Assembly (NCBI GenBank): GCA_963732805.1
Contig: CAVTAW010000002.1
Location: forward strand, 538,463 to 602,462
Direction: 5' to 3'
Length of the DNA stretch: 64,000 nucleotides
Source: an uncultured Chloroflexia bacterium
GTDB taxonomy: Bacteria > Chloroflexota > Limnocylindria > Limnocylindrales > CSP1-4
Part shown: one piece after another, positions 9,514 to 18,786 of the stretch
Layout of the letters: the number at the start of each line of letters is the position of its first letter
How positions within the stretch are numbered: position 1 is the first letter of the stretch
Program-made: the position numbers and the translations under genes
Notes under the pieces: model-generated
Seen by the model: the letters and a program-made list of their open reading frames with translations, nothing else
The model's database searches: none
Told to the model about the DNA's origin: nothing

Positions 9514-10971
9514 CTACGGCTGCTTGTCCCAAATGGCCTGGATCTCGGAGCGAAGCGCCTCGAACTCCTGGTCCATGTTGAGGCCCTGGTCGGTCTGCCA
9601 CTTCGTCGTGTACTTGCCGCCCGATCCCACCAGGCCGAGGGTCTCGTTGTAGGCGGGCATGTACGACTCGAAGTTGGGGTTGTCGGCGAACTGGATGCTG
9701 TCGATCGCGACCTGCCAGTCCGGCTTCTGGGTGAACGTCTCGTCCTGGCCGGCGAAGAAGGCATCCTGGTCGGCCGTGCGGGCGGGCATGCCGCCGTAGG
9801 TGGCGAGCAGCTCCGGTGCGCCGTCACCCAGCAGGTAGGTCAGCACCTGGAACGCCTCGTCGGGATGCTTGGTTCCCTTGAGGATCCGGAACGTGTCGGC
9901 GTTGAACGCGGACGTGACCGTGCCGTTGTAGGCGGGCACGATCCCCATGTCCCAGTCCCCGTTCAGGCCTTCGAGGCCATAGGTGGACCACAGGAAGTTG
10001 AGGCTCATCGCGATCTTGCCCGTGAAGAACGGGTAGTCCTCGGGATTGATGTCGGGGCTGCTGAACACGGGCCCGGTCATGCTGATGTGGTCCGTCCACA
10101 TCCCGTTGTACCAGAACGTCCAGGCGGCCTTCCACGCATCCGGGATCTGGGCCGTCTTGCCATCCGCCCCGCCGGCCAGGGCGCCGGCGCCAAAGTACGC
10201 GCCCATCCCGCGCAGGTCGTCTCGCTGGGGCTCGAAGCCCCACTGGACGATGTTCTTGGGGTCGAAGCCGGCCTGGGTGGCGTCCTTGCCGTTCTTGTCG
10301 ACGGTCAGGATCTTCGCCACCTGGCGGATCGTGTCGTAGTTCCACTCGACCTGGGAGCCGTCGGGCATCGTGTACATGTCGCCGTACTTGTGCGGCGGCT
10401 CGGCCAGGCCCGCCTCCACGAACAGGCTCTTGGCGTAGAACAGCACGGACGGGTAGATCGCGAACGGGATGCCGACCTGGCCCTCGTCCAGCTTGTAGAT
10501 GTTCACGGCGTCCTGCGGGAAGCCCGACAGGTCGTATCCGGTTTGCTGGATCAGGGGCGCCAGGTCCAGCCACTGGCCGTGGAAGGCGTTGGCGCCGCCG
10601 ATGCCGACCGGCCCCACGATGTCGGGGCCGTTGCCGGAGGCGATCTCCGTGGCGAGCGCGTCATTCGCGCCGGCGTAGGGCACGGCCTCGAAGGTGAGCT
10701 TGATGTTGGGATGGCTGGCGTTGAACTCCTCGACGACCTTCTTCTCGACGTCAACCTGTTCGGGTGCGTCACCGCCGCCGAGGCAGCAGTACCAGCGGAT
10801 CTCGACCTGGCCCTCCGCGGGCGTTGCGGCCGGCGTCCCGGGTGCGGCGGACTCCGGGGTGGTCGGTCCGCTCGTGGCCCCGCCGGGTGCGGTGGTCGTC
10901 GTGGTGCCGCCGCACGCGCCGGCGATGATCGCCAGCACTCCTGCTGCGGCGAAGGCTCGGATCGCTCGCAT
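9514..10971 (-). CDS. Extracellular sugar-binding lipoprotein of the ABC transporter
   Basis: ORF 9514..10992. ATG at 10971 follows AGGAGGAG. Lipobox ..LAIIAGAC, then a Thr/Pro-rich linker. Confidence 0.8.
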   Translation of the reverse strand: MRAIRAFAAAGVLAIIAGACGGTTTTTAPGGATSGPTTPESAAPGTPAATPAEGQVEIRWYCCLGGGDAPEQVDVEKKVVEEFNASHPNIKLTFEAVPYAGANDALATEIASGNGPDIVGPVGIGGANAFHGQWLDLAPLIQQTGYDLSGFPQDAVNIYKLDEGQVGIPFAIYPSVLFYAKSLFVEAGLAEPPHKYGDMYTMPDGSQVEWNYDTIRQVAKILTVDKNGKDATQAGFDPKNIVQWGFEPQRDDLRGMGAYFGAGALAGGADGKTAQIPDAWKAAWTFWYNGMWTDHISMTGPVFSSPDINPEDYPFFTGKIAMSLNFLWSTYGLEGLNGDWDMGIVPAYNGTVTSAFNADTFRILKGTKHPDEAFQVLTYLLGDGAPELLATYGGMPARTADQDAFFAGQDETFTQKPDWQVAIDSIQFADNPNFESYMPAYNETLGLVGSGGKYTTKWQTDQGLNMDQEFEALRSEIQAIWDKQP

Positions 10972-11016
10972 CTGCTCCTCCTGCCCGGGCAACGGGCCGC
11001 CGACCGCCGGCGGTCG

Positions 11017-11829
11017 CTAGGGTTGGCGCGACAGTCCGCCGAGCGCGACGTCGACGGGGCCCGGGGCCGCGTCGCCGGATCGGGGACCGGAACGGACGAC
11101 GATCCGTTCCACGTAGTAGCGCGTCCGGTCTCCCCGGACGTACGAACGGGCGAACTCGACCGGCCGGCCGGACCGGTCGAACGCGAGGCCTTCGATCAGG
11201 AGCGCCGGCCGGTACGGCTCGACGCCCAGGAGATGGGCTTCCCTCGCCCGCAACGCGATGGGCTCGAGTGCCTCCCTCGCGCGGACGACGGGCGTGTCAT
11301 AGCGCTCGGTGAGCAGCTCGTACAGCGATCCGCGCTCCAGGTCGCCGGCCAGGAGCCCCGGGAAGCGGGCCTCGGGCAGGAACACCTGCTCGAGCAGGAG
11401 CGGCTCGCCGTCGGCCATGCGCAGCCGCTCGAGGTGGACGACCGACGCGCCGACGGGAATCTCCAGGGCGTCGGCAACGGCAATCTCGGCGCCCAGCGTC
11501 TCTGCCGTCACCACGCGAGTGGCCGGATCGTGGCCCAGGTGCTGCAGCTCCTCGGTGAACGACAGCGTGCCGTCGAGGTCGAGGTCGATGGGCGGGCGGG
11601 TCACGAACGTGCCCCGGCCGCGCGCCCGCTCGAGCCGGCGTTCACGGGCGAGGTCGCCGAGCGCGCGCCGCACGGTGATCAGGCTGCACCCGTATCGCTC
11701 GGCCAGCTGGCGCTCGGGAGGCAGCTGGTCTCCCGGTTTCCACTCACCAGCGTCGAGCGCCGCTCGCAGGTCGAGGTAGACCTGGTGGTGGAGCGGGATC
11801 GGACCGGTCAGGAGTCGGAACCGTGCCAT
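11017..11829 (-). CDS. GntR-family regulator, HutC subfamily (UTRA effector domain)
   Basis: wHTH ..LPPERQLAERYGCSLITVRRALGDLARERRLERARGRGTFV.., then a UTRA-like C-terminus. Confidence 0.8.
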   Translation of the reverse strand: MARFRLLTGPIPLHHQVYLDLRAALDAGEWKPGDQLPPERQLAERYGCSLITVRRALGDLARERRLERARGRGTFVTRPPIDLDLDGTLSFTEELQHLGHDPATRVVTAETLGAEIAVADALEIPVGASVVHLERLRMADGEPLLLEQVFLPEARFPGLLAGDLERGSLYELLTERYDTPVVRAREALEPIALRAREAHLLGVEPYRPALLIEGLAFDRSGRPVEFARSYVRGDRTRYYVERIVVRSGPRSGDAAPGPVDVALGGLSRQP

Positions 11830-11862
11830 GCGCGTCGCGTCGCCCTCTTGCGCTGGACGTGC

Positions 11863-11884
11863 TTGCTGATAAGGTTATAAGCAA
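11863..11884. promoter_or_regulatory. Imperfect 22-bp palindrome, candidate HutC/GntR operator in the gntR / GH4 divergent region
   Basis: TTGCTGATAAG|GTTATAAGCAA, with 9 of 11 positions symmetric. It is the only AT-rich stretch in the 103-bp intergenic region. Confidence 0.55.
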
Positions 11885-11932
11885 TCTGTCAAGGGTCCGT
11901 CACGCACAGACGCCAGCCGAGGGACGGGGTCG

Positions 11933-13267
11933 ATGGGTCTGAAGGTCGCGGTCGTGGGCGGGGGAAGCACCTATACGCCCGAGCTCGTGGAGGGGTTCGC
12001 GCGGCGGGTGACGGTGCTCCCGATCGACGAGCTGGTGCTGCTCGATCCGGATTCGGAGCGACTGGAGATCGTGGGCGGGCTCGCGTCGCGGATCCTCCGT
12101 GCGTCGGGCTGGCCGGGACGGCTGACCCTGACCGGGGATCAGAGCGCGGCACTCGACGGCGCCACCTATACGCTCATCCAGCTGCGGGTCGGCGGGCAGG
12201 CTGCCCGGCTGGTGGACGAGACGCTGCCCCACCGGTTCGGCGCGATCGGGCAGGAGACGACGGGCCCCGGTGGCTTCGCCAAGGCGCTCCGGACGGTCCC
12301 CCTGGTGCTCGACATCGCGGACGAGGCGGCCCGGCGCGGCGCCCCCGGTGGCTGGATCCTCGATTTCACCAACCCGGTCGGGATCGTCACCCAGGCGCTG
12401 TTGGACGCTGGGCACCACGCAATCGGCCTGTGCAACGTCGCGATCGGGTTCCAGCGCCAGTTCGCCCGGCATTTCGGGGTCGATCCCCGGCGCGTGCGGC
12501 TGGACCACGTCGGCCTCAACCACCTGTCATGGATCCGCAGCGTGGTCGTGGACGGCGTGGACCGCCTGCCGGAGCTCCTGGCGGCCGGCGATCCGATCGT
12601 GACCGCCGACGAGCATTTCGACCTGGAGCTCGTCCGGGCGCTGGGCGCCGTTCCCAGCTACTACCTGCGCTACTACTACGCGACCGACGACGTGCTCCGC
12701 GAACAGCGGTCGGGTGCGAACCGCGCGAGCGACGTCATCGCGATCGAGCGCGAGCTGCTCGAGCTCTACCGCGACCCGGCGCTCGATCACAAGCCGGAGC
12801 TGCTCGAGCAGCGCGGCGGCGCCTACTACAGCGAGGCCGCGGCCGCCCTCATCGAGTCGCTCCACACCGGCGACGGTGCGATCCACGCGGTTGACGTCAG
12901 GAACGGCGGGGCCATCCCCGGGATCCCGGACGACGACGTCGTGGAGCTGTGCGCGACGGTCACCCGCGACGGAGCGACTCCGATCCCGACCGAACCCCTT
13001 GCCCACGAGATGCGAGCGCTCGTCCTGCATGCCAAGGAGTACGAGCGCCTGGCGATCGAAGCCGCGCTCACTGGCGACGACACGGTCGTCATGCGCGCCC
13101 TGCTCGCGAACCCGCTCGTGCCCGGCGCGGCCGCAGCCGCGGGGCTGCGTGACGCGCTGATCGAGGCCAACCTGCCGTTCCTGCCCCGATTCATCCGCCC
13201 GCCTGCGACCGGCGCTGCCGCGGCAGTGGGGCTCCCGGCCCGCACCGGGCAGGCATCCTCCCGCTAG
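11933..13267 (+). CDS. Glycoside hydrolase family 4, 6-phospho-beta-glucosidase-like (CelF/ChbF type)
   Basis: N-terminal MGLKVAVVGGGSTYTPELVEG NAD-binding motif and overall GH4 pattern. Confidence 0.8.
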   Translation: MGLKVAVVGGGSTYTPELVEGFARRVTVLPIDELVLLDPDSERLEIVGGLASRILRASGWPGRLTLTGDQSAALDGATYTLIQLRVGGQAARLVDETLPHRFGAIGQETTGPGGFAKALRTVPLVLDIADEAARRGAPGGWILDFTNPVGIVTQALLDAGHHAIGLCNVAIGFQRQFARHFGVDPRRVRLDHVGLNHLSWIRSVVVDGVDRLPELLAAGDPIVTADEHFDLELVRALGAVPSYYLRYYYATDDVLREQRSGANRASDVIAIERELLELYRDPALDHKPELLEQRGGAYYSEAAAALIESLHTGDGAIHAVDVRNGGAIPGIPDDDVVELCATVTRDGATPIPTEPLAHEMRALVLHAKEYERLAIEAALTGDDTVVMRALLANPLVPGAAAAAGLRDALIEANLPFLPRFIRPPATGAAAAVGLPARTGQASSR

Positions 13268-13313
13268 GCACGCTCGCTGGACCGGGCTGCCGCGTCCCGC
13301 CGGTCATGCGACG

Positions 13314-13973
13314 ATGGCCGCGATGACCGAGCCGCGCCCGCCGCGCCCCCGGATCACGGCGGCCGTCGCAGCCTCCGGTCCGCGATTCGTCCTTGCCGCG
13401 ATCCTCGTGGGTCTCGCGACCGGTGCCCTGACGCAGCTCGGGCAGGGTCTCCTGCCGGAGGGCTGGAGCGCCCTCGCCAACGCCTTGTCGCCGTGGCTGC
13501 TGGTTGCCTTCCTCGTGGGGTCTCGGTCGCCGGGTCGCGGTTGGGCGCTCGCGGGTGGGGCGGTCACGCTGCTGTTCGCGCTGCTCGGGTACTACGCAAG
13601 CGTCGCCCTGCGCCTGGGGATCGTGTCGAGCATCCACGGCGCGCTGATCTTCTGGGGGATCGGCGCGGTGGTCGGCGGCCCGGTGTTCGCGCTTGCCGGG
13701 CACGCCTGGCGCGGCGAGCGACCATGGCTCCGTGCCGGCGCCGCGGGCCTGGTCGGGGCGGCTGCCGTGGCCGAGGGAGTCTACCTGGTCGGGATCCTGC
13801 CGAGTCCGGGTGTCGGCGCTGCGGGCATCGCCCTGGGCGTTGCCGCACCCGTGGTACTGGGCAGGTCGGCCGCGGACCGGTGGCGGGGGCTTGGCGCGAT
13901 CATCCCGTGCACGGTCCTGGGGTTCGCGGGCTGGGCGGCGGCGATCGCGCTGTACGGGCTGCTGACAGGCTGA
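13314..13973 (+). CDS. Integral membrane protein, unknown function (about 6 TM)
   Basis: Hydrophobic-segment pattern. 7-nt gap to the next gene. Confidence 0.55.
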   Translation: MAAMTEPRPPRPRITAAVAASGPRFVLAAILVGLATGALTQLGQGLLPEGWSALANALSPWLLVAFLVGSRSPGRGWALAGGAVTLLFALLGYYASVALRLGIVSSIHGALIFWGIGAVVGGPVFALAGHAWRGERPWLRAGAAGLVGAAAVAEGVYLVGILPSPGVGAAGIALGVAAPVVLGRSAADRWRGLGAIIPCTVLGFAGWAAAIALYGLLTG

Positions 13974-13980
13974 TCCCCGG

Positions 13981-15750
13981 ATGGGACGTTTGCCCCGGAC
14001 CACGGGTACCCCGGGGTGGGTACCGCCCGGCTCCGTCCACTCGTACGCTCGTACACCTCCGAGCCCGCATGGGGGTTCATTCGTGGCCATCACTCGCGGC
14101 CGCCTGTCGTTCCAGGTCCCCTGGCAACGACGGAACGACGCATACGGCGCGCCGAATACCGATGCCCTGGTCGCGCCGGCGGCGCCGGCGGGCCAGTCTG
14201 GGCCGGGTGCGCCCGCTGCCGATGCGTCGGCGCGTCCGGCGACGGATGACGCGACGCCGCGGTCGCACTCGCGGGGTCCAGTGCGCGGCCCGGATGGCAG
14301 GTTCATCACCCGCTCCGCGGTCACCGATACCGAGCCAAGGTCCGTGCGGGAGGACGACGAGATGTCCGCGGCCGAGACCCCGGACCGTGCGAGCTCGGCG
14401 ACCGGCGCTTCTGCTCGCGACGCCACCCTGGCAGCCGAGCCCCCCATCGCGGTGGACCCGAACGAGGTCGCGGGCGACCCCGGCGATGCCGGCGGGGCCG
14501 ACGACGACGATGTCGCGGACGACGATCCCCTGCGCGGCGTGCGGGCCCCGCGTTCGGCGCCAGGCACACCAGGTGGACCCAGGGGCCGCGGACCGATCCG
14601 GATCGTGCTCGTGGAGGACGTGCCGGAGGTGGTCGCGCATGTTCGCGAGATGCTCCGGCCACAGTCCAGGTACCGGCTGCTCCAGGTCATCACGCAGGGA
14701 CGGCGCGCGGTCGAGGAGATCACCGAGCTCCAGCCGGACGTCGTGCTCGTCGACACCCTGCTCCAGGGCCGGACCGACGGCCGGTCGGTGATCGAACGCC
14801 TCCGGGCGAGCGGGAACCCGGTGGGCATCGTGGCCCTCACCGTGCGAGATCATCCCCTCGAGCGGGGGGTCTCGCAGCACGTGGACGCGGTGGTGACGCT
14901 GCCGTTCGGGACGCTCGACCTCGGCCACGGCATCGCGGACGCCCACGCGGCGTTCACGATGCGCGACCCGTCCGCGAGCTCGCGGACGGTGGCGATCTTC
15001 TCGGCCAAGGGCGGGGTGGGCAAGACGACGATCGCGCTGAACCTCGCCGTGGCCCTCGCGCAGAGCGGGCTGCGCACGGTGCTCGTGGACGGCAATCTCC
15101 AGTTCGGGGATGTCAGGCGGCTGCTCCGCGCCGATCCGAGCTTGCCGTCGATCTGCGATCTGCCGACCGATGGGGTCCGCGGCGCCGACCTCGTCGATGC
15201 GGTCGTGGGGATCGCGCCAGGGGTGGACGCGCTTCTCGCGCCGCCCCGCCCGGAGCTCGCGGACCTGGTCACGGCGCACGACCTCGAGCGGATCTTCGAT
15301 GTGCTGCGGACGACCTACCAGTGCATCGTCGTCGACACGCCATCAACCCTGGCGGAGCCCACGCTCGGCCTGCTCGATGCGGCGGATCTCGTCATCAATG
15401 TGATGACACCGGACGCCGTGACGCTCGACAGCACGCGCATGATCGCCGCGACGTTCGTGGAGCTCGGGTACCCGGCGGCGAAGGTCCGCTACCTGGTCAA
15501 CCGGTTCGACGCGGTCGGTGCCCTGCCCACGACCCAGGTGGCGAGGATCGTGGAGCACGTGCCTGACTACACGGTGACGTCGGACTGGCAGCTGGTCTCG
15601 TTGAGCAACGCCCAGGGCGTCCCGTTCGTCCTCGCCCGCCCAGAGGCAGGGGTCAGCGCCGATGTGCTGCGAGTGGCCCACGACGTCCGCGCGTTCGCGG
15701 TCGTGCCGGCCGAGCCGGTCCCGGTCCGGCAGCGGGCCCGGGGTCGCTGA
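13981..15750 (+). CDS. Response-regulator receiver fused to a ParA/MinD-type ATPase (CpaE/TadZ-like), with a long low-complexity N-terminus
   Basis: REC: IRIVLVEDVPE..DVVLVDTLL... Deviant Walker A: IFSAKGGVGKTTIALNLA. The true start is uncertain, because the first ~200 codons are Pro/Ala/Asp-rich. Confidence 0.7.
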   Translation: MGRLPRTTGTPGWVPPGSVHSYARTPPSPHGGSFVAITRGRLSFQVPWQRRNDAYGAPNTDALVAPAAPAGQSGPGAPAADASARPATDDATPRSHSRGPVRGPDGRFITRSAVTDTEPRSVREDDEMSAAETPDRASSATGASARDATLAAEPPIAVDPNEVAGDPGDAGGADDDDVADDDPLRGVRAPRSAPGTPGGPRGRGPIRIVLVEDVPEVVAHVREMLRPQSRYRLLQVITQGRRAVEEITELQPDVVLVDTLLQGRTDGRSVIERLRASGNPVGIVALTVRDHPLERGVSQHVDAVVTLPFGTLDLGHGIADAHAAFTMRDPSASSRTVAIFSAKGGVGKTTIALNLAVALAQSGLRTVLVDGNLQFGDVRRLLRADPSLPSICDLPTDGVRGADLVDAVVGIAPGVDALLAPPRPELADLVTAHDLERIFDVLRTTYQCIVVDTPSTLAEPTLGLLDAADLVINVMTPDAVTLDSTRMIAATFVELGYPAAKVRYLVNRFDAVGALPTTQVARIVEHVPDYTVTSDWQLVSLSNAQGVPFVLARPEAGVSADVLRVAHDVRAFAVVPAEPVPVRQRARGR

Positions 15751-15792
15751 CCTGCGCCCCGCCTCGTTCGCGGGCCGTCGCTGATTACCCGG

Positions 15793-16107
15793 TTATCGCT
15801 CCGGGCGCACCGGCTCGGCGTCGATGGCACGCAGCCGGCGTGACGCCCCGGCATCCGTGCGCACGGTCGCGGACGGGATGACCCCCATGCTGAGTGCCGT
15901 GACCGTCGCCAGCTCCCCGGCGTAGAGGCCACCGCCGCCAATCCGGATCCGGTCGCCCACGTCGATGTCCTGGCGGCCCGTGATGGCCTTGGTGTCGATC
16001 GCCGTGGCCGGGGCCCGGTTGCTCCTGGGGTCACCGGGGACCGGCGGGTTCGCGCCGCCCTTCGTTGCCGTCTTGGCCACCGGGTAGTTGACTTTTCGTT
16101 TGCGCAC
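15793..16107 (-). CDS. Small hypothetical protein
   Basis: 104-aa ORF in a gap that no other gene covers. No family recognised. Confidence 0.35.
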   Translation of the reverse strand: MRKRKVNYPVAKTATKGGANPPVPGDPRSNRAPATAIDTKAITGRQDIDVGDRIRIGGGGLYAGELATVTALSMGVIPSATVRTDAGASRRLRAIDAEPVRPER

Positions 16108-16293
16108 TCTGGTCGATGGACCTCGTAGCGGAGCTGGATTGCGCCTCGGGCAGGATACAGGGCGTTGTCACGAATCGTGCGCCGCGAGGCATTGACGGCG
16201 CCGCGAGGGATACTTGCGCCTCGTGCGGCCGATCGGCCCCGGCGGCGGATCGGCATGCTACCGGCGGTCACGCGGCGATCGGAGGAAGGCGCG

Positions 16294-17685
16294 ATGCTCC
16301 ACGACAAGGACCGGGTGCGGCATGCTCTTGAGGACGACGTGTACGCGTCGAGCGACCTGTCGATCGCGATGCCCAAGTACCGGATGCCAGAGCGGGAGCA
16401 CGACCCGCGCCACGTGTACCAGGTGGTGGCGGACGAGCTGATGCTCGATGGCAACTCACGCCAGAACCTGGCGACCTTCTGCCAGACCTGGCTGGAGCCG
16501 GAGGTCCACCGCCTGATGGACCTCACCCTCGACAAGAACATGATCGACAAGGACGAGTACCCGCAGACCGCGGAGCTCGAAGCGCGCTGCGTGCACATGC
16601 TGGCCGACCTGTGGAGCTCGCCGGATGCCGCCAACACCCTGGGCACGTCCACCACGGGGTCGAGCGAGGCAGCGATGCTCGGCGGCCTGGCCATGCTGTG
16701 GCGCTGGCGTGCACGGCAGCGGGCCGCCGGCAGGCCCGTCGATCGGCCGAACCTGGTGACCGGCCCGGTCCAGATCTGCTGGCACAAGTTCGCCCGCTAC
16801 TGGGACATCGAGCACCGGGAGATCCCGATGGACGGTGACCGGCTGCTGATGACGCCCGAGGAGGTACTGGCACGGGTGGACGAGAACACGATCGGGGTGG
16901 TGCCCACGCTGGGCGTGACGTTCACGGGCCAGTACGAGCCGGTGGAGGCGGTGTCGCGTGCACTCGACGCGCTCCAGGCCCGATCCGGGCTGGACGTGCC
17001 GCTGCACGTGGACGGCGCCAGCGGGGGATTCCTGGCGCCGTTCGTGGACCCGGACCTCGCCTGGGACTTCCGCCTGCCCAGGGTCAGGTCGATCAACACC
17101 TCGGGCCACAAGTACGGCCTTGCACCGCTGGGCGTCGGCTGGGTCGTCTGGCGAGATGCATCGGACCTGCCGAGCGAGCTGATCTTCGACGTGAACTACC
17201 TGGGCGGGCATATGCCCACGTTCGCCCTCAACTTCTCACGGCCCGGTGGCCAGATCGCGGCCCAGTACTACGACTTCCTGCGCCTGGGCCGCGAGGGCTA
17301 TCGCAAGATCCACCAGGCCTGCTACGACACAGCCCGATATCTCGCCGACGAGATCGGCGCGATGGGTCCGTTCCAGCTGCTCTATGACGCTCGTGGCGGG
17401 TTGCCGGCGCTGACCTGGCGGCTGCGGGACAGCGTGCAGCCCGCATTCACGCTGTTCGACCTGGCGGACCGGCTGCGGACCGCCGGCTGGCAGGTGCCCG
17501 CCTACACGCTGCCTGCGAACCGCCAGGACCTGCCCGTCCAGCGGATCCTCGTGCGGCACGGCTTCAGCCGGGACCTGGGCACGCTGCTGCTCGACGACCT
17601 GCGGCGCGCCATCGACCACTTCGGCCGCCACCCGGTCTCGAGCCCTCTGACGGAGCGGGAGAGCGGCGGCTTCAAGCACGCCTGA
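16294..17685 (+). CDS. gadB: Glutamate decarboxylase (PLP-dependent)
   Basis: ATG at 16294 follows GGAGGAAGG. ..[44 protein letters not shown] (PLP lysine). Confidence 0.9.
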   Translation: MLHDKDRVRHALEDDVYASSDLSIAMPKYRMPEREHDPRHVYQVVADELMLDGNSRQNLATFCQTWLEPEVHRLMDLTLDKNMIDKDEYPQTAELEARCVHMLADLWSSPDAANTLGTSTTGSSEAAMLGGLAMLWRWRARQRAAGRPVDRPNLVTGPVQICWHKFARYWDIEHREIPMDGDRLLMTPEEVLARVDENTIGVVPTLGVTFTGQYEPVEAVSRALDALQARSGLDVPLHVDGASGGFLAPFVDPDLAWDFRLPRVRSINTSGHKYGLAPLGVGWVVWRDASDLPSELIFDVNYLGGHMPTFALNFSRPGGQIAAQYYDFLRLGREGYRKIHQACYDTARYLADEIGAMGPFQLLYDARGGLPALTWRLRDSVQPAFTLFDLADRLRTAGWQVPAYTLPANRQDLPVQRILVRHGFSRDLGTLLLDDLRRAIDHFGRHPVSSPLTERESGGFKHA

Positions 17686-17772
17686 GGCTCAGGGGGCGGG
17701 CCGCCCGGGCACCGTGGTATGACCCGACCGGGGTGACCGGCATCGCGCGGCAGGGTAAATTCGCCCAACGCC

Positions 17773-18786
17773 GTGAACGTAGTCTCTGACGCCTTCCTCA
17801 GCTCCGATACGCAGACCGCCGCGCTCCGCCGCCGCAACGACCGCCTGCTGGTCGCGGGAGTGCTCGCGTACAGCGCGCTGGTCGTGACCCTGATGATCGC
17901 TACCGGCGTGGCGATCACGCCCGACGTGCTGGCGGTGGCGTTCGGGCTCGCCGCCGTCCTGCTCGGGCGAGGCCGCCTGTTCCTTCGCGACTGGCTGCCG
18001 TTCGTGGTGCTGCTGCTCGCGTACGAGCTGATGCGTGGGATCGCCGACGATGCCGGCCTGCCGCTCCATTCCACGGATCTCGCTCGTGCCGACGTCATCG
18101 TCGGATTCGGCCACCTGCCGACGCAGGTGCTCCAGGACGCGCTGCGGCCGGCGTCAGGGATCGACGCGGTGGCGGTCCTGGCGACAGTCGTCTACATGCT
18201 CCACTTCGTGCTGCCGCTCGCGTCCGGCTTCGTGCTCTGGATGTGGCGCCGCCCCCACTACTTCGACTTCGTGGCGGCCCTGATCGTGCTCAGCGTCGCC
18301 GGCTTCGTGACCTACCTGCTGATGCCGGCCGCACCGCCCTGGTACGTCGCCAACCAGGGACTGCTCAACGGGCCCGACGGCCGGCCGCTTATCGCGTACC
18401 TCAAGCCCGGCACGTTCGAAGCGATCGCGACCGCGTTGGGCTTCGATGGCCACTACGCGTATTCGCTCGCGTTCGGGAGTGTCAACCCCAACGTCGTCGC
18501 GGCCTTCCCGTCGCTCCACGTCGCCTACCCGTTCCTGACGTTCCTGGTGCTTCGCCGGGCATTCGGCCGCATCGGATGGATCGCGCTCGGCTACACCGCG
18601 CTGGTGATGTTCTCGGTCGTGTACACGGGGGATCACTGGGTGATCGACGGGCTTGCCGGCATGGCCTACGCGTACCTGGCCTTCTACGCAGTGGTCCACG
18701 CTCCAGCCCACCTCCGGGCGTGGCGCGCCTCGGTGCGGCGCGGCACTGATCGAGGTCCGGCCCCAGCGCCCGGCGGGGGGCGATGA
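17773..18786 (+). CDS. PAP2-superfamily membrane protein (inositol-phosphoceramide-synthase-like subgroup)
   Basis: GTG start. Multi-TM, with ..FPSLHVAYP.. and ..YTGDHWVIDGLAG.. phosphatase motifs. Confidence 0.7.
   Translation: MNVVSDAFLSSDTQTAALRRRNDRLLVAGVLAYSALVVTLMIATGVAITPDVLAVAFGLAAVLLGRGRLFLRDWLPFVVLLLAYELMRGIADDAGLPLHSTDLARADVIVGFGHLPTQVLQDALRPASGIDAVAVLATVVYMLHFVLPLASGFVLWMWRRPHYFDFVAALIVLSVAGFVTYLLMPAAPPWYVANQGLLNGPDGRPLIAYLKPGTFEAIATALGFDGHYAYSLAFGSVNPNVVAAFPSLHVAYPFLTFLVLRRAFGRIGWIALGYTALVMFSVVYTGDHWVIDGLAGMAYAYLAFYAVVHAPAHLRAWRASVRRGTDRGPAPAPGGGR

Noticed and set aside
7429-11880. Very long ORFs on the wrong strand or frame. Examples: 7429..11880 (1483 aa), 884..3004, 13191..14840, 41367..43055, 47651..49675, 56091..58235 upstream part.
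   Set aside because: Their translations are Arg/Gly/Pro/Ala/His-rich low-complexity strings with no motifs. Each lies antisense or out of frame to a gene with clear family signatures. This is the expected stop-codon-poor artefact of ~70% GC DNA.
15751-15792. Terminator between the convergent CpaE-like and small hypothetical genes.
   Set aside because: Only a weak 5-bp stem (CCCGC..GCGGG) with no T-tract, which is not convincing.
16108-16293. Possible riboswitch or leader in the 186-nt region upstream of glutamate decarboxylase, and SAM-type elements near mmuM.
   Set aside because: I could not recognise any conserved riboswitch core or convincing structure by eye. The mmuM leader is too short.
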